Assembly: GCA_051874195.1 (NCBI GenBank)
Contig: JBJEFP010000114.1
Coordinates: 1,760 to 65,759, forward strand
DNA length: 64,000 nucleotides
DNA from: Lysinibacillus sp.
Lineage (GTDB): Bacteria; Bacillota; Bacilli; Bacillales_A; Planococcaceae
Reading direction: 5' to 3'
The notes beneath the pieces were generated by a model that saw only the letters and a program-made list of their open reading frames with translations, did no database searches and was not told where the DNA came from. Position numbers and translations under genes: made by a program. Shown here piece after piece: positions 1-8,357 of the stretch; the stretch's first letter is position 1, and each line of letters begins with the position of its first letter.

Positions 1-590
1 TCCTTCCCAATCTCCCGCTCAGCGGACATTTCTCTCCGTACCGCAATATGGATTATTATGGATGGATAGAAGTACCATTCTACCTGTGAAAGTATGCCGC
101 TTTGAGGCTTGAAACTGTTGTAGTTGTCACATAGGATGCCGTCATGTCGGGCACTGCATAGTCAATGGGCTTGCTCTTGGTTGTAGCAGCCTCCGACAGA
201 CCATTGCCCCATTACTTTCCTATCTATTGAAATTCATTTTACATTCCAGTCCGGGACGAAAAAAATTTTTCTATGGCCATGTTGCTTTTACTTTATCAAA
301 AAAATATCGCTGCTCTTTTGAAGACCTAAAATCGTCATTTATCGATTTTGATATACAACTTAATTAAAATTAAGCGTCAGATTCGCTCTTTGGCATTTAT
401 TTATGAATATGTCGTATATCATTTCCGCCAAATCACCCTTTCTGCGTCCAAAAACGGTGTCATGCCAAGCGGTACCCGACCATATTTGCAGTAAAATCAT
501 TCTCGCACAGGCATTCAACCGGCGAAATCATACGCTTAATAGGCCGGAATTTGTATGGGATATATTGATTTCCCCTACCGCGCAAAAAGA

Positions 591-615
591 AAAGAGCACC
601 CTCAGCAGGCACTCT
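591..615 (-). terminator. Intrinsic terminator after the membrane protein gene
   Basis: Minus strand AGAGTGCC-tgctgag-GGTGCTCT followed by TTTCTTTTT. Confidence 0.6.
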
Positions 616-1168
616 AGTCATGATAATTTTCGATGAATTTAATGTCATATTCACGGATGATTTGTAAAATCTTCCCCTTTTTCTCCGCCAGCTGCGCATT
701 TTCCACCACTTCAAATGACTCGCCATCCTCCATTCGGAAGATATAGTAGTTCACCTCGTCATCATACGGCTCATACACCTCGTACGTAATATCCTTCATA
801 TCTTCCCAGTAGTAATGCTTCACATTGCCGTATACGAGCATTTCGATACCGCTGTCCTGGAAGGCGATGTAGTTTCGCTGGGATTGGAAGAAAATCAGGA
901 CTGCCCCGACCAGCAGGACGGCACCAAGTATATACGTAATCGCCCTGCGCTTCCATGCCAGCAGCAGCAAGATGATGATGAGGCAAAGAAATCCGGCGCC
1001 AAGCAGGATGAAGTTCTGCTTCGGTATGAGCATTTGCCAGCTTTCCACCTGTACATACACCGTTTCAAAATAGGCGAGCGGCACAAGGAAAATGACAAAT
1101 GGTGCCATAATCAATACTAATAATGCAAATAAGATAAACTTCGTCCTCGGACTGACCCCTACAATCAT
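614..1168 (-). CDS. Membrane protein, three predicted TM helices followed by a small soluble C-terminal domain, function unknown
   Basis: ORF 614..1219; start moved to the ATG at 1168 (MIVGVSP...) behind an AAAGGGGG RBS; three hydrophobic stretches. Confidence 0.8.
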   Translation of the reverse strand: MIVGVSPRTKFILFALLVLIMAPFVIFLVPLAYFETVYVQVESWQMLIPKQNFILLGAGFLCLIIILLLLAWKRRAITYILGAVLLVGAVLIFFQSQRNYIAFQDSGIEMLVYGNVKHYYWEDMKDITYEVYEPYDDEVNYYIFRMEDGESFEVVENAQLAEKKGKILQIIREYDIKFIENYHD

Positions 1169-1220
1169 CGTAATACCCCCTTTACTAGGGTATACGGATA
1201 CAGGAAGAAAAAGTTTCAAA

Positions 1221-1748
1221 TTACATTTTTTTCATGTATAAATCGAGCATTTCTTCATCAACAGCTCCCTCGACCTTCAACTGGATGATGCCGTCCTCAT
1301 CCAGCAAATAGGTGCTTGGAATATTGATGACCTTATATGCAGTTGAGACATCGCCCGTTTGATCAAGTGGTATAGGGAACGTCAAGCTGTACTCATCGAC
1401 AAAGGACGAAATCTTCTCGGGCTTTCCATCCTTGTTCGTCATATTGACCGCCAGCACGACGACGTCCTCATGTGCAGCATCATAGGCTTCGAATACAGGC
1501 ATTTCCTCCCTGCATGGGTCACACCATGTCGCCCAGAAATTCAGGATGACCTTCTTCCCTCTTACGTCCTCGAGACTGATGGGTTCCCCGTCAAGTGTTT
1601 CAAGCGTAAATTGGGGTGGCGTGTCTCCTTTATCGAGTCCCGTCCCCTCGTCCGTTATACCGAATTCTGAAGCGGGCTCCTTCATGCCGTTCCATAATGC
1701 TATACCAATCAATAGCGCGATGACTGCCACGCCTATCCATTTCTTCAA
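1221..1748 (-). CDS. TlpA/ResA-family membrane-anchored thiol-disulfide oxidoreductase
   Basis: N-terminal TM anchor, NFWATWCDPC active site, IPSTYLLD cis-Pro loop; TTG start at 1748 behind GGGGAGGTG. Confidence 0.9.
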   Translation of the reverse strand: MKKWIGVAVIALLIGIALWNGMKEPASEFGITDEGTGLDKGDTPPQFTLETLDGEPISLEDVRGKKVILNFWATWCDPCREEMPVFEAYDAAHEDVVVLAVNMTNKDGKPEKISSFVDEYSLTFPIPLDQTGDVSTAYKVINIPSTYLLDEDGIIQLKVEGAVDEEMLDLYMKKM

Positions 1749-1755
1749 TAGTAAA

Positions 1756-1790
1756 CACCTCCCCCATAAGCATAGCATGTGGGGGAGGTG
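1756..1790 (-). promoter_or_regulatory. Perfect 11-bp hairpin containing the Shine-Dalgarno of the TlpA gene; possible terminator or translational control element
   Basis: cacctccccca (1756-1766) and tgggggaggtg (1780-1790) are exact reverse complements. Confidence 0.6.
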
Positions 1791-1813
1791 CAGTTGTGAA
1801 GTTTACGTGAACA

Positions 1814-3061
1814 CTATTTCAATGCCTGTACGGCACAGCAGATGGCATATTTTACGTGCTCATATGTCAAGCCGCCCTGGATGAATGCCGTGTACGGTGG
1901 GCGGATTGGGCCGTCAGCCGTCAGCTCGATGCTGGAGCCCTGGACGAATGTGCCCGCCGCCATGATGACGTCATCCGCATAGCCCGGCATGTAGGCAGGC
2001 TCGGGGGCGAAATGTGCATTGATCGGGGAGGCCGCCTGGATCTGTCTGCAGAATGCCACCATCTGTTCCGCCGTCTGGAACGATACGGATTGAATCAGGT
2101 CGGTACGCTGATCTGTATAGTGGGGGGCGGTCTTCATTCCTGCTTCCTCCAGCATGGCCGATGTGAAAATGGCACCCTTCAAGGCTTGCGCCACTGTATG
2201 CGGCGCCATGAAGAAGCCCTGGTAGAAGTCGGCCAGCGCATTCAATGACGCACCCGCTTCCGCCCCGATGCCAGGCGAGGTCATGCGGTAGGCGCATTTC
2301 TCAACGAGTGCAGCCCGTCCTGCGATGTATCCGCCGATTTTCGCCAGCCCGCCGCCCGGATTCTTGATGAGGGAGCCCGCCATTAAGTCGGCGCCCACCT
2401 CTGTCGGCTCCATTGCTTCTACAAATTCGCCATAGCAGTTGTCGACGAAGATGACGGCCTGGGGAGCGATTTCCCGGATGCGCTCCACCATGCCGGCAAT
2501 TTGTTCCACCGTGAATGACGGGCGCGTCGCATAGCCCTTCGAACGCTGGATTGCCACCATTTTCGTCTGTGCATCCACCGCCTGTTTGACGCCTTCCCAA
2601 TCGATTTCTTTATTCTCCAGTAAGTCGACATGGCTGTAGCGGATGCCGAAATCCTTCAGCGAGCCCGTATCCTTGTCCCCGCCGTCTACAATCGACTGCA
2701 ACGTATCGTACGGCTTGCCTGTAATGTAGACGAGCCCGTCTCCCGGCCGCAGCACGCCGAACAGGCTGAGGGTGATGGCGTGCGTGCCTGAAATGATTTG
2801 CGGGCGGACGATTGCCGCCTCGGCACCGAACACTTCGGCATACACCCGTTCCAGATTGTCACGCCCCTCATCGTCATAGCCGTAGCCGCTCGATGGATGC
2901 AGATGGTAGTCGCTCACCTGGTGCTTGCGGAAAGCTGAGAGCACCTTCTGCTGATTGAAGAACGCCATATCATCCGCCTTCTTATGCTGCGGACGGACAA
3001 GCGCCTCCACTTTTTCCGCCAGTGCCAATGTATCGTTTGTTAATATGGTCTGAAATGCCAT
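1814..3061 (-). CDS. ynbB: Methionine gamma-lyase / cystathionine beta-lyase family PLP enzyme (aluminium resistance protein family)
   Basis: 415 aa with GYGYDDEGRD, PQIISGTHA, DNCYGEF and GSLIKNPGGG motifs. Confidence 0.9.
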   Translation of the reverse strand: MAFQTILTNDTLALAEKVEALVRPQHKKADDMAFFNQQKVLSAFRKHQVSDYHLHPSSGYGYDDEGRDNLERVYAEVFGAEAAIVRPQIISGTHAITLSLFGVLRPGDGLVYITGKPYDTLQSIVDGGDKDTGSLKDFGIRYSHVDLLENKEIDWEGVKQAVDAQTKMVAIQRSKGYATRPSFTVEQIAGMVERIREIAPQAVIFVDNCYGEFVEAMEPTEVGADLMAGSLIKNPGGGLAKIGGYIAGRAALVEKCAYRMTSPGIGAEAGASLNALADFYQGFFMAPHTVAQALKGAIFTSAMLEEAGMKTAPHYTDQRTDLIQSVSFQTAEQMVAFCRQIQAASPINAHFAPEPAYMPGYADDVIMAAGTFVQGSSIELTADGPIRPPYTAFIQGGLTYEHVKYAICCAVQALK

Positions 3062-3193
3062 GATGATTCTCCTATCTATTCATACTCCTCTACCATCTTA
3101 TCAATTCAGGGAGATGCGTCAACCATTTCATATTGCTGGGATGGATAAAACCTGCTATTCTCAAAGTTCAGAGATATTTTAGGAGGATGCTTT

Positions 3194-3802
3194 GTGGCTT
3201 GGACTTTTTTTAGTGTCATCGGGACGATCGCCTTTGCCTTGTCGGGTGCCATTGTTGCGATGGAAGAGGAATACGATCTATTCGGTGTCTATATATTGGG
3301 GATTGTGACCGCCTTTGGTGGAGGGGCAATCCGAAACTTATTGATCGGCCTGCCTGTTTCTACGTTATGGAACCAGGAGATGCTGTTCCAGATTACTCTG
3401 GTGGCCATCCTGCTGTTCTTCCTGATGCCCCATCATCTGATCAAGCATTGGAACCGCTGGGGCAACTTCACGGATGCGATTGGCCTTGCCGCCTTCTCCA
3501 TCCAGGGGGCGATGCATGCGGTCAGATTGGAGATGCCGCTCAGTGCGGTCATCACGGCGGCCGTACTGACCGGCTGCGGCGGCGGAATTCTCCGCGACCT
3601 GCTTGCCGGCAGGAAGCCGATTGTACTGCGGGACGAAATCTATGCCTTATGGGCATCCATTGCCGGGCTGGTCATCGGATTGCAGCTGATGACCAGCGAC
3701 TGGCTGTTGTATGTACTGTTTGCATTCGTGATCTTCTTCCGCTACATGTCCTATTCACGGAAGTGGCAGCTGCCTCGTAAAAAGCTGTATATAGAGAAGT
3801 AG
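3194..3802 (+). CDS. Trimeric intracellular cation channel (TRIC / UPF0126) family membrane protein
   Basis: Duplicated GTIAFALSG...TAFGGGAIRNLL / DAIGLAAF...TGCGGGILRDLL motifs; GGAGG RBS. Confidence 0.9.
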   Translation: MAWTFFSVIGTIAFALSGAIVAMEEEYDLFGVYILGIVTAFGGGAIRNLLIGLPVSTLWNQEMLFQITLVAILLFFLMPHHLIKHWNRWGNFTDAIGLAAFSIQGAMHAVRLEMPLSAVITAAVLTGCGGGILRDLLAGRKPIVLRDEIYALWASIAGLVIGLQLMTSDWLLYVLFAFVIFFRYMSYSRKWQLPRKKLYIEK

Positions 3803-3926
3803 GAAAAGCAACCGCCCCTTTACGAGAAGGAGGCACAAAAGGCCGTCCAGAAAGCAGAACCTTTCTGAACAGCCCGTTTTTCCTGATGATCATCCGCTCG
3901 GAAGCAGCGCTCCAGCGGGAATCGCG

Positions 3927-3964
3927 AAGAGGGCGCCCCTAACGCTATGCCGGGGCGCCCTCTT
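3927..3964. terminator. Hairpin between convergent TRIC and rhodanese genes, probably a bidirectional terminator
   Basis: 13-bp perfect inverted repeat aagagggcgcccc / ggggcgccctctt. Confidence 0.75.
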
Positions 3965-3969
3965 GTTTG

Positions 3970-4272
3970 TTATTTGAATTCCAATTCCCCGTCGTACGCC
4001 GTCATGCCGCCCTCCAGGTTCGTCACATCGAATCCCTGCTCTTCCAAGTATTCACATGCATTGGCACTGCGTACGCCGCCCTTGCATACAAGGATATATG
4101 CCTTCGATTTATCGAGCTCATCAGCGCGCGCCGGAATGTCGCCAAGCGGAATATGCTTCGCGCCGGGGATTACCCCCTGCTCCACCTCGAAGTCTTCCCG
4201 CACATCGATTACATTCAAATCTTCATTTGCATCCAATAAGTTTAATAATTCATCTGTTGTCATTGATTTCAT
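3970..4272 (-). CDS. Single-domain rhodanese-like protein
   Basis: IDVRE...GVIPGAKHIP...VCKGGVRS...NLEGGM; start moved to MKSMTT behind GAGGAGG. Confidence 0.9.
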   Translation of the reverse strand: MKSMTTDELLNLLDANEDLNVIDVREDFEVEQGVIPGAKHIPLGDIPARADELDKSKAYILVCKGGVRSANACEYLEEQGFDVTNLEGGMTAYDGELEFK

Positions 4273-4346
4273 GATTTGGCCTCCTCTATCAGTATTCCTT
4301 GTCATTATAAGGGATACAAAGGGAGGTTGCTAGTCTTGCGATGAAT

Positions 4347-4574
4347 TTACTCCTCTTCTGCATTCAACACCACTTGCTTCGCAGGGGCAAATGTGGAGAT
4401 GGCATGCTTGTAGATGAGGTTCTGCTTGCCCTCCGATTCCAACAGCACAGTAAAGTTATCATATGATTTAATGAGGCCTTTAAGCTGGAAGCCATTCAAA
4501 AGGAAAACTGTTACGAAAACATTGTTTTTTCTCAAATGATTTAAAAATGTGTCCTGTAAGTTAATTGATTTCAC
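4347..4574 (-). CDS. hfq: RNA chaperone Hfq
   Basis: NLQDTFLN...[11 protein letters not shown]...IYKHAISTF; directly downstream of miaA. Confidence 0.97.
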   Translation of the reverse strand: MKSINLQDTFLNHLRKNNVFVTVFLLNGFQLKGLIKSYDNFTVLLESEGKQNLIYKHAISTFAPAKQVVLNAEEE

Positions 4575-4657
4575 GTGAGCTCCCCCTGATCATTTCTGTT
4601 TCTATAACCTGTACTATTCGGCATCCAGATAGATATTCCTTCATTTTCAAGTAAAAA

Positions 4658-5557
4658 TTAGAAATATTTTTTCACTTCCTGGATATCGCCTGTCACCCAC
4701 TGGACATCCATCTTATTTCTGAAGTATGTCAATTGCCGCTTCGCGTAGCGTCTGGAATTCTGCTTGATGGCCTCCACCGCATCCGCCAGGTCGCATCTTC
4801 CTTCGAAGTAGGCGAACAGCTCCTTGTAGCCGATCGCCTTCACCGCCTGGGTATCGCGGATGCCTTCATCGTAGAGCGCCTTCGCCTCCTCAAGCAGCCC
4901 CTTTTCCATCATGATGTCCACGCGCAGGTTGATGCGCTCGTACAGCTTCTCCCGGTCTATATCCAGACCGAGGATCAAATGGTTGTACAGCGGAACATCG
5001 CCGCGGTTGTGCTCTTCATTCGCCTTCGATGTGCCGCTCAGCTCGACCATCTCCAAGGCCCGGATGACACGGCGCGTATTGTTCGGATGAATCGTTTCCG
5101 CCGTTTTCGGGTCAAGGGCATGGAGCCGTGCATGCATCGCTTCCGGCCCTATCTTCTCCAGCTCTTCATAATAGGCCTTTCTTGCCTCTTCATCTATTTC
5201 TTCCTGCGTAAAATGGAAGTCGTAAAGGACCGACTGGACATAGAGCCCTGTACCACCGACGATGATAGGCATTTTACCGCGCGCCTTTATTTCCTCGATT
5301 TTGGCGCGGACGAGCTGCTGGTACTCGGCTACGGAAAAATTGTCCGTCGGCTCCTTTATATCCAGCAGATGATGGGGGATGCCCTGCATTTCCGGCTCGG
5401 TGATCTTTGCCGTTCCGATGTCGAGCCGCTTATACACCTGCATGGCATCCCCGTTGATGATTTCCCCGTCCAGCCAAGACGCCAGCTCGATGCTCAAAGC
5501 CGTCTTGCCGGACGCTGTAGGGCCGATGATGGCTACTACGTCATATTGTCTGTTCAT
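4658..5557 (-). CDS. miaA: tRNA dimethylallyltransferase
   Basis: [41 protein letters not shown]. Confidence 0.97.
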   Translation of the reverse strand: MNRQYDVVAIIGPTASGKTALSIELASWLDGEIINGDAMQVYKRLDIGTAKITEPEMQGIPHHLLDIKEPTDNFSVAEYQQLVRAKIEEIKARGKMPIIVGGTGLYVQSVLYDFHFTQEEIDEEARKAYYEELEKIGPEAMHARLHALDPKTAETIHPNNTRRVIRALEMVELSGTSKANEEHNRGDVPLYNHLILGLDIDREKLYERINLRVDIMMEKGLLEEAKALYDEGIRDTQAVKAIGYKELFAYFEGRCDLADAVEAIKQNSRRYAKRQLTYFRNKMDVQWVTGDIQEVKKYF

Positions 5558-6470
5558 ATTTTAACCACCGTTTGATTACATCGTATACTTGTTCTTTGTT
5601 CGTTTCGTTCAGAATTTCATGGCGCAGACCCTCGAATATATGGACACATACATTTTCCACCCCGGCTTCCCGAAGCTGCTCGGCCACCTTGAATACCCCT
5701 TTCCCGTAGTTGCCTACAGGATCTGCACTGCCGCTGATCAGGAGGATGGGCAAATCGTGGCGTATGCGGGCGTTTTCCGCTCTTTTCCCAATTAGATGCA
5801 TGCCGTATGTCAGGTCGGCAAAAAACTGGTGCGTCGCAATAAAGCCGCATTTCGGGTCCTCGATATAAGTTCGGACGGCATTTGGATCACGGGTCATCCA
5901 GTCGAACGCTGTATTGGGGTTCAGGATGGATTTGTTGAAGCTGCCGAAGCTCATGTCCATCATGAATTCACTCGGCACCGTCTTCCCCTGCGTCAACGCC
6001 AGCATATTGGACACCTTGTTGCCGATTGCGTGCATGTGTGTAGCGGTACCCGTTCCGCATAGGATGAGCGCCTTCATCGTCAAGCTGAAAAGCTGTGCAT
6101 ACCGCCGGGCGATGAACGACCCCATCGAATGGCCGAATAGAACCATCGGCGGCAGGCTACGGCCCTTGCGAACGAGCTGCGTGACTTCAAATACATCCCT
6201 CACGACACGCTCAAAGCCCTTGTGCTCGGCAAAAAAGCCGAGCTGACCGCCCCTGTCGACCGTTTTCCCATGGCCGCGGTGGTCATGCATGGAGACGAAG
6301 TAGCCGTTTTCCGCCAGCGCCTCTGCATATGCACCATAACGTCCGCAGTGCTCGGCCATGCCGTGCAGAATATGCACATGCCCGCGCGCCGGTGTGCACT
6401 CCGGCTCATATACCGCAACAAACACTTCCTGTCCGTCGCTCATTTTGAAAAATTCCTCATGTCTTTCCAT
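5541..6470 (-). CDS. Alpha/beta hydrolase (lysophospholipase / monoacylglycerol lipase-like)
   Basis: HGMAEH, DHRGHG, GHSMG nucleophile motif, RHEILNE. Confidence 0.9.
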   Translation of the reverse strand: MERHEEFFKMSDGQEVFVAVYEPECTPARGHVHILHGMAEHCGRYGAYAEALAENGYFVSMHDHRGHGKTVDRGGQLGFFAEHKGFERVVRDVFEVTQLVRKGRSLPPMVLFGHSMGSFIARRYAQLFSLTMKALILCGTGTATHMHAIGNKVSNMLALTQGKTVPSEFMMDMSFGSFNKSILNPNTAFDWMTRDPNAVRTYIEDPKCGFIATHQFFADLTYGMHLIGKRAENARIRHDLPILLISGSADPVGNYGKGVFKVAEQLREAGVENVCVHIFEGLRHEILNETNKEQVYDVIKRWLKYEQTI

Positions 6471-6482
6471 TCACGTCCTCCT

Positions 6483-8345
6483 CTACATGACACGCTTAAA
6501 CATTTTTTCCACTTCATACGTTGAGAAATGGACAAGCACAGGACGTCCATGCGGGCAGGTGAACGGGTTCTCCGCCGCACGCAGGTCGTCCAATAGCCGG
6601 ACCATCTGCTCCTTCGTCAAATAATAGTTCGCCTTGATGGACTTTTTACAGCTCATCATGATGGCGGCCTCTTCCCGGAGCTTCTTCACATCCGCTTTTT
6701 TCGTCGTCAGTACCTGTTCAATCAATTCTTCAATAATTTCCTGTTCAAATCCTTTCGGAAACCAGGCAGGGTGTTCCCGTACGATAAAGGAGCCGTAACC
6801 GAACTCCTCCAAAAATACGCCGATCTGCTCCAAAGCTTCCGCATGCTCCTTGAGGATCAACGCTTCATCCGCCGAATAGTGGAAGGTCAGCGGCAGCAGC
6901 AGCGCCTGGCGTTCGTTCGGATCCACATCCCCCACTTTTTCCCGGAAGTATTCATACTTGATGCGTTCCTGGGCGGCGTGCTGGTCGATCAGATAAAAGC
7001 CGTCCTCCATCTGCGCGACAATATATGTGCCGTGAATCTGTCCTACCACCTCCAGCTGCGGGAACGGCTCCTTCTTCGGTGCTGGCTGTGCAGCAGATAC
7101 CGAAGGAAGGGCGGTCTCTTCCTCTGGGAATGGCGGGGCTGTGTCAACCGGCTCCTCCACAGCAATGGGCGGTTCATAGGATGGAACCGGCTCTGCAGGC
7201 ACTTCATATGCCGTCTCCCGCACCAGGCCCTTGTCTTCATTCAATCGATGGACGAGTTCATCCATTTTCTTCGTATCGAATGAAGGTTGCTTCCATATAT
7301 TCATCTGCTCGGACGGCAGCTTGACGGGCTTTTCCTTCCGCTCTACCTGCGGGACGTGGATTCCTCCTCGTATGGCATCTTTTAACGCGTCTTCTATCAG
7401 GCGCAGCAGCTCCGGCTCCTTGCTCAGTCTTACCTGATGCTTTGCCGGATGGACATTGACATCGGTGAGCTGCGGGTCCCCTTCGATATAGAGGACGACG
7501 ATTGGATAGCGTCCGATTGGCAGATACGTGTGATAGGCATCGACAATGGCCTTTTGCACGAGGTAATGCTTCACCCAGCGTCCATTCACAAAGAGGGACA
7601 TGTAGTTTTTCGAAGCGCGCGTCACCTCGGGGAGCGTGGCATATCCGTATACCCGATAGTCATTCGACTGCCCCTCAAAGGCCATCATCTTTTTCGCGTT
7701 GTGCGCCCCGTAGATGGCCGCCAGCACCTGCTGGACATTGCCGCGCCCGTTCGTATGGAGCAGCGTCTGACCATTATGCACAAGCTTGAAGGAAATCGAC
7801 GGATAGCCGAGCGCCAGCCTATTGATCAGATCAATTGTATGCCCAAGCTCCGTCTGAATCGTCTTCAAATATTTCAAGCGGGCTGGGGTATTGTAGAAGA
7901 GCTGCGCTACCGTCATGTCCGTTCCTTTGCGAAACGCGGTAGGCTTGTGCTCCCTGACATGACCTCCCTCCAAATACAGCTCGATTCCGCTGTTTGTCCC
8001 ATCGGACGTCTTCAGTGTCACCTTGGAGACGGAGGCGATGGACGCCAGCGCCTCCCCACGGAAACCGAGCGTACGGATGCGGAACAGGTCCTGCTCCTTT
8101 TCGATTTTGGATGTCGCATGGCGGGAGAAGGATTTCAGTGCATCCTCCTCATCCATGCCACTTCCATTATCGACAACTTGAATGCTCGTCAGACCGGCTT
8201 CTTCCAAAAACACCTCAATGATGGTGCTGCCTGCGTCGATGGCATTCTCTACAAGCTCCTTCACGACCGAGGCAGGGCGTTCCACCACTTCCCCGGCCGC
8301 GATTTTATTCGATAATACTTCATCCATGATCTGGATTGTACCCAT
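6483..8345 (-). CDS. mutL: DNA mismatch repair endonuclease MutL
   Basis: IAAGEVVERP, ELVENAIDAG, LGFRGEAL, DQHAAQERIKYE endonuclease motif, CPHGRP. Confidence 0.98.
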   Translation of the reverse strand: MGTIQIMDEVLSNKIAAGEVVERPASVVKELVENAIDAGSTIIEVFLEEAGLTSIQVVDNGSGMDEEDALKSFSRHATSKIEKEQDLFRIRTLGFRGEALASIASVSKVTLKTSDGTNSGIELYLEGGHVREHKPTAFRKGTDMTVAQLFYNTPARLKYLKTIQTELGHTIDLINRLALGYPSISFKLVHNGQTLLHTNGRGNVQQVLAAIYGAHNAKKMMAFEGQSNDYRVYGYATLPEVTRASKNYMSLFVNGRWVKHYLVQKAIVDAYHTYLPIGRYPIVVLYIEGDPQLTDVNVHPAKHQVRLSKEPELLRLIEDALKDAIRGGIHVPQVERKEKPVKLPSEQMNIWKQPSFDTKKMDELVHRLNEDKGLVRETAYEVPAEPVPSYEPPIAVEEPVDTAPPFPEEETALPSVSAAQPAPKKEPFPQLEVVGQIHGTYIVAQMEDGFYLIDQHAAQERIKYEYFREKVGDVDPNERQALLLPLTFHYSADEALILKEHAEALEQIGVFLEEFGYGSFIVREHPAWFPKGFEQEIIEELIEQVLTTKKADVKKLREEAAIMMSCKKSIKANYYLTKEQMVRLLDDLRAAENPFTCPHGRPVLVHFSTYEVEKMFKRVM

Positions 8346-8357
8346 GCGAACATCTCC

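Noticed and set aside
1-215. Group II intron, glycine, lysine or c-di-GMP riboswitch identity for the left-edge leader
   Set aside because: No GTGCG 5' end or domain V, and none of the riboswitch core motifs are recognisable. Kept only as an unclassified structured leader.
228-244. Possible GlnR/TnrA box (minus strand TGTAA-N7-TTCAA)
   Set aside because: The right half does not fit TNACA, and the downstream gene is not visible.
7437-8315. Long plus-strand ORFs antisense to mutL, and similar ones opposite miaA, mutS, tagH, the glycosyltransferases and ftsK
   Set aside because: Shadow ORFs of GC-rich coding sequence, with no RBS or recognisable motifs, fully overlapping well-supported genes.
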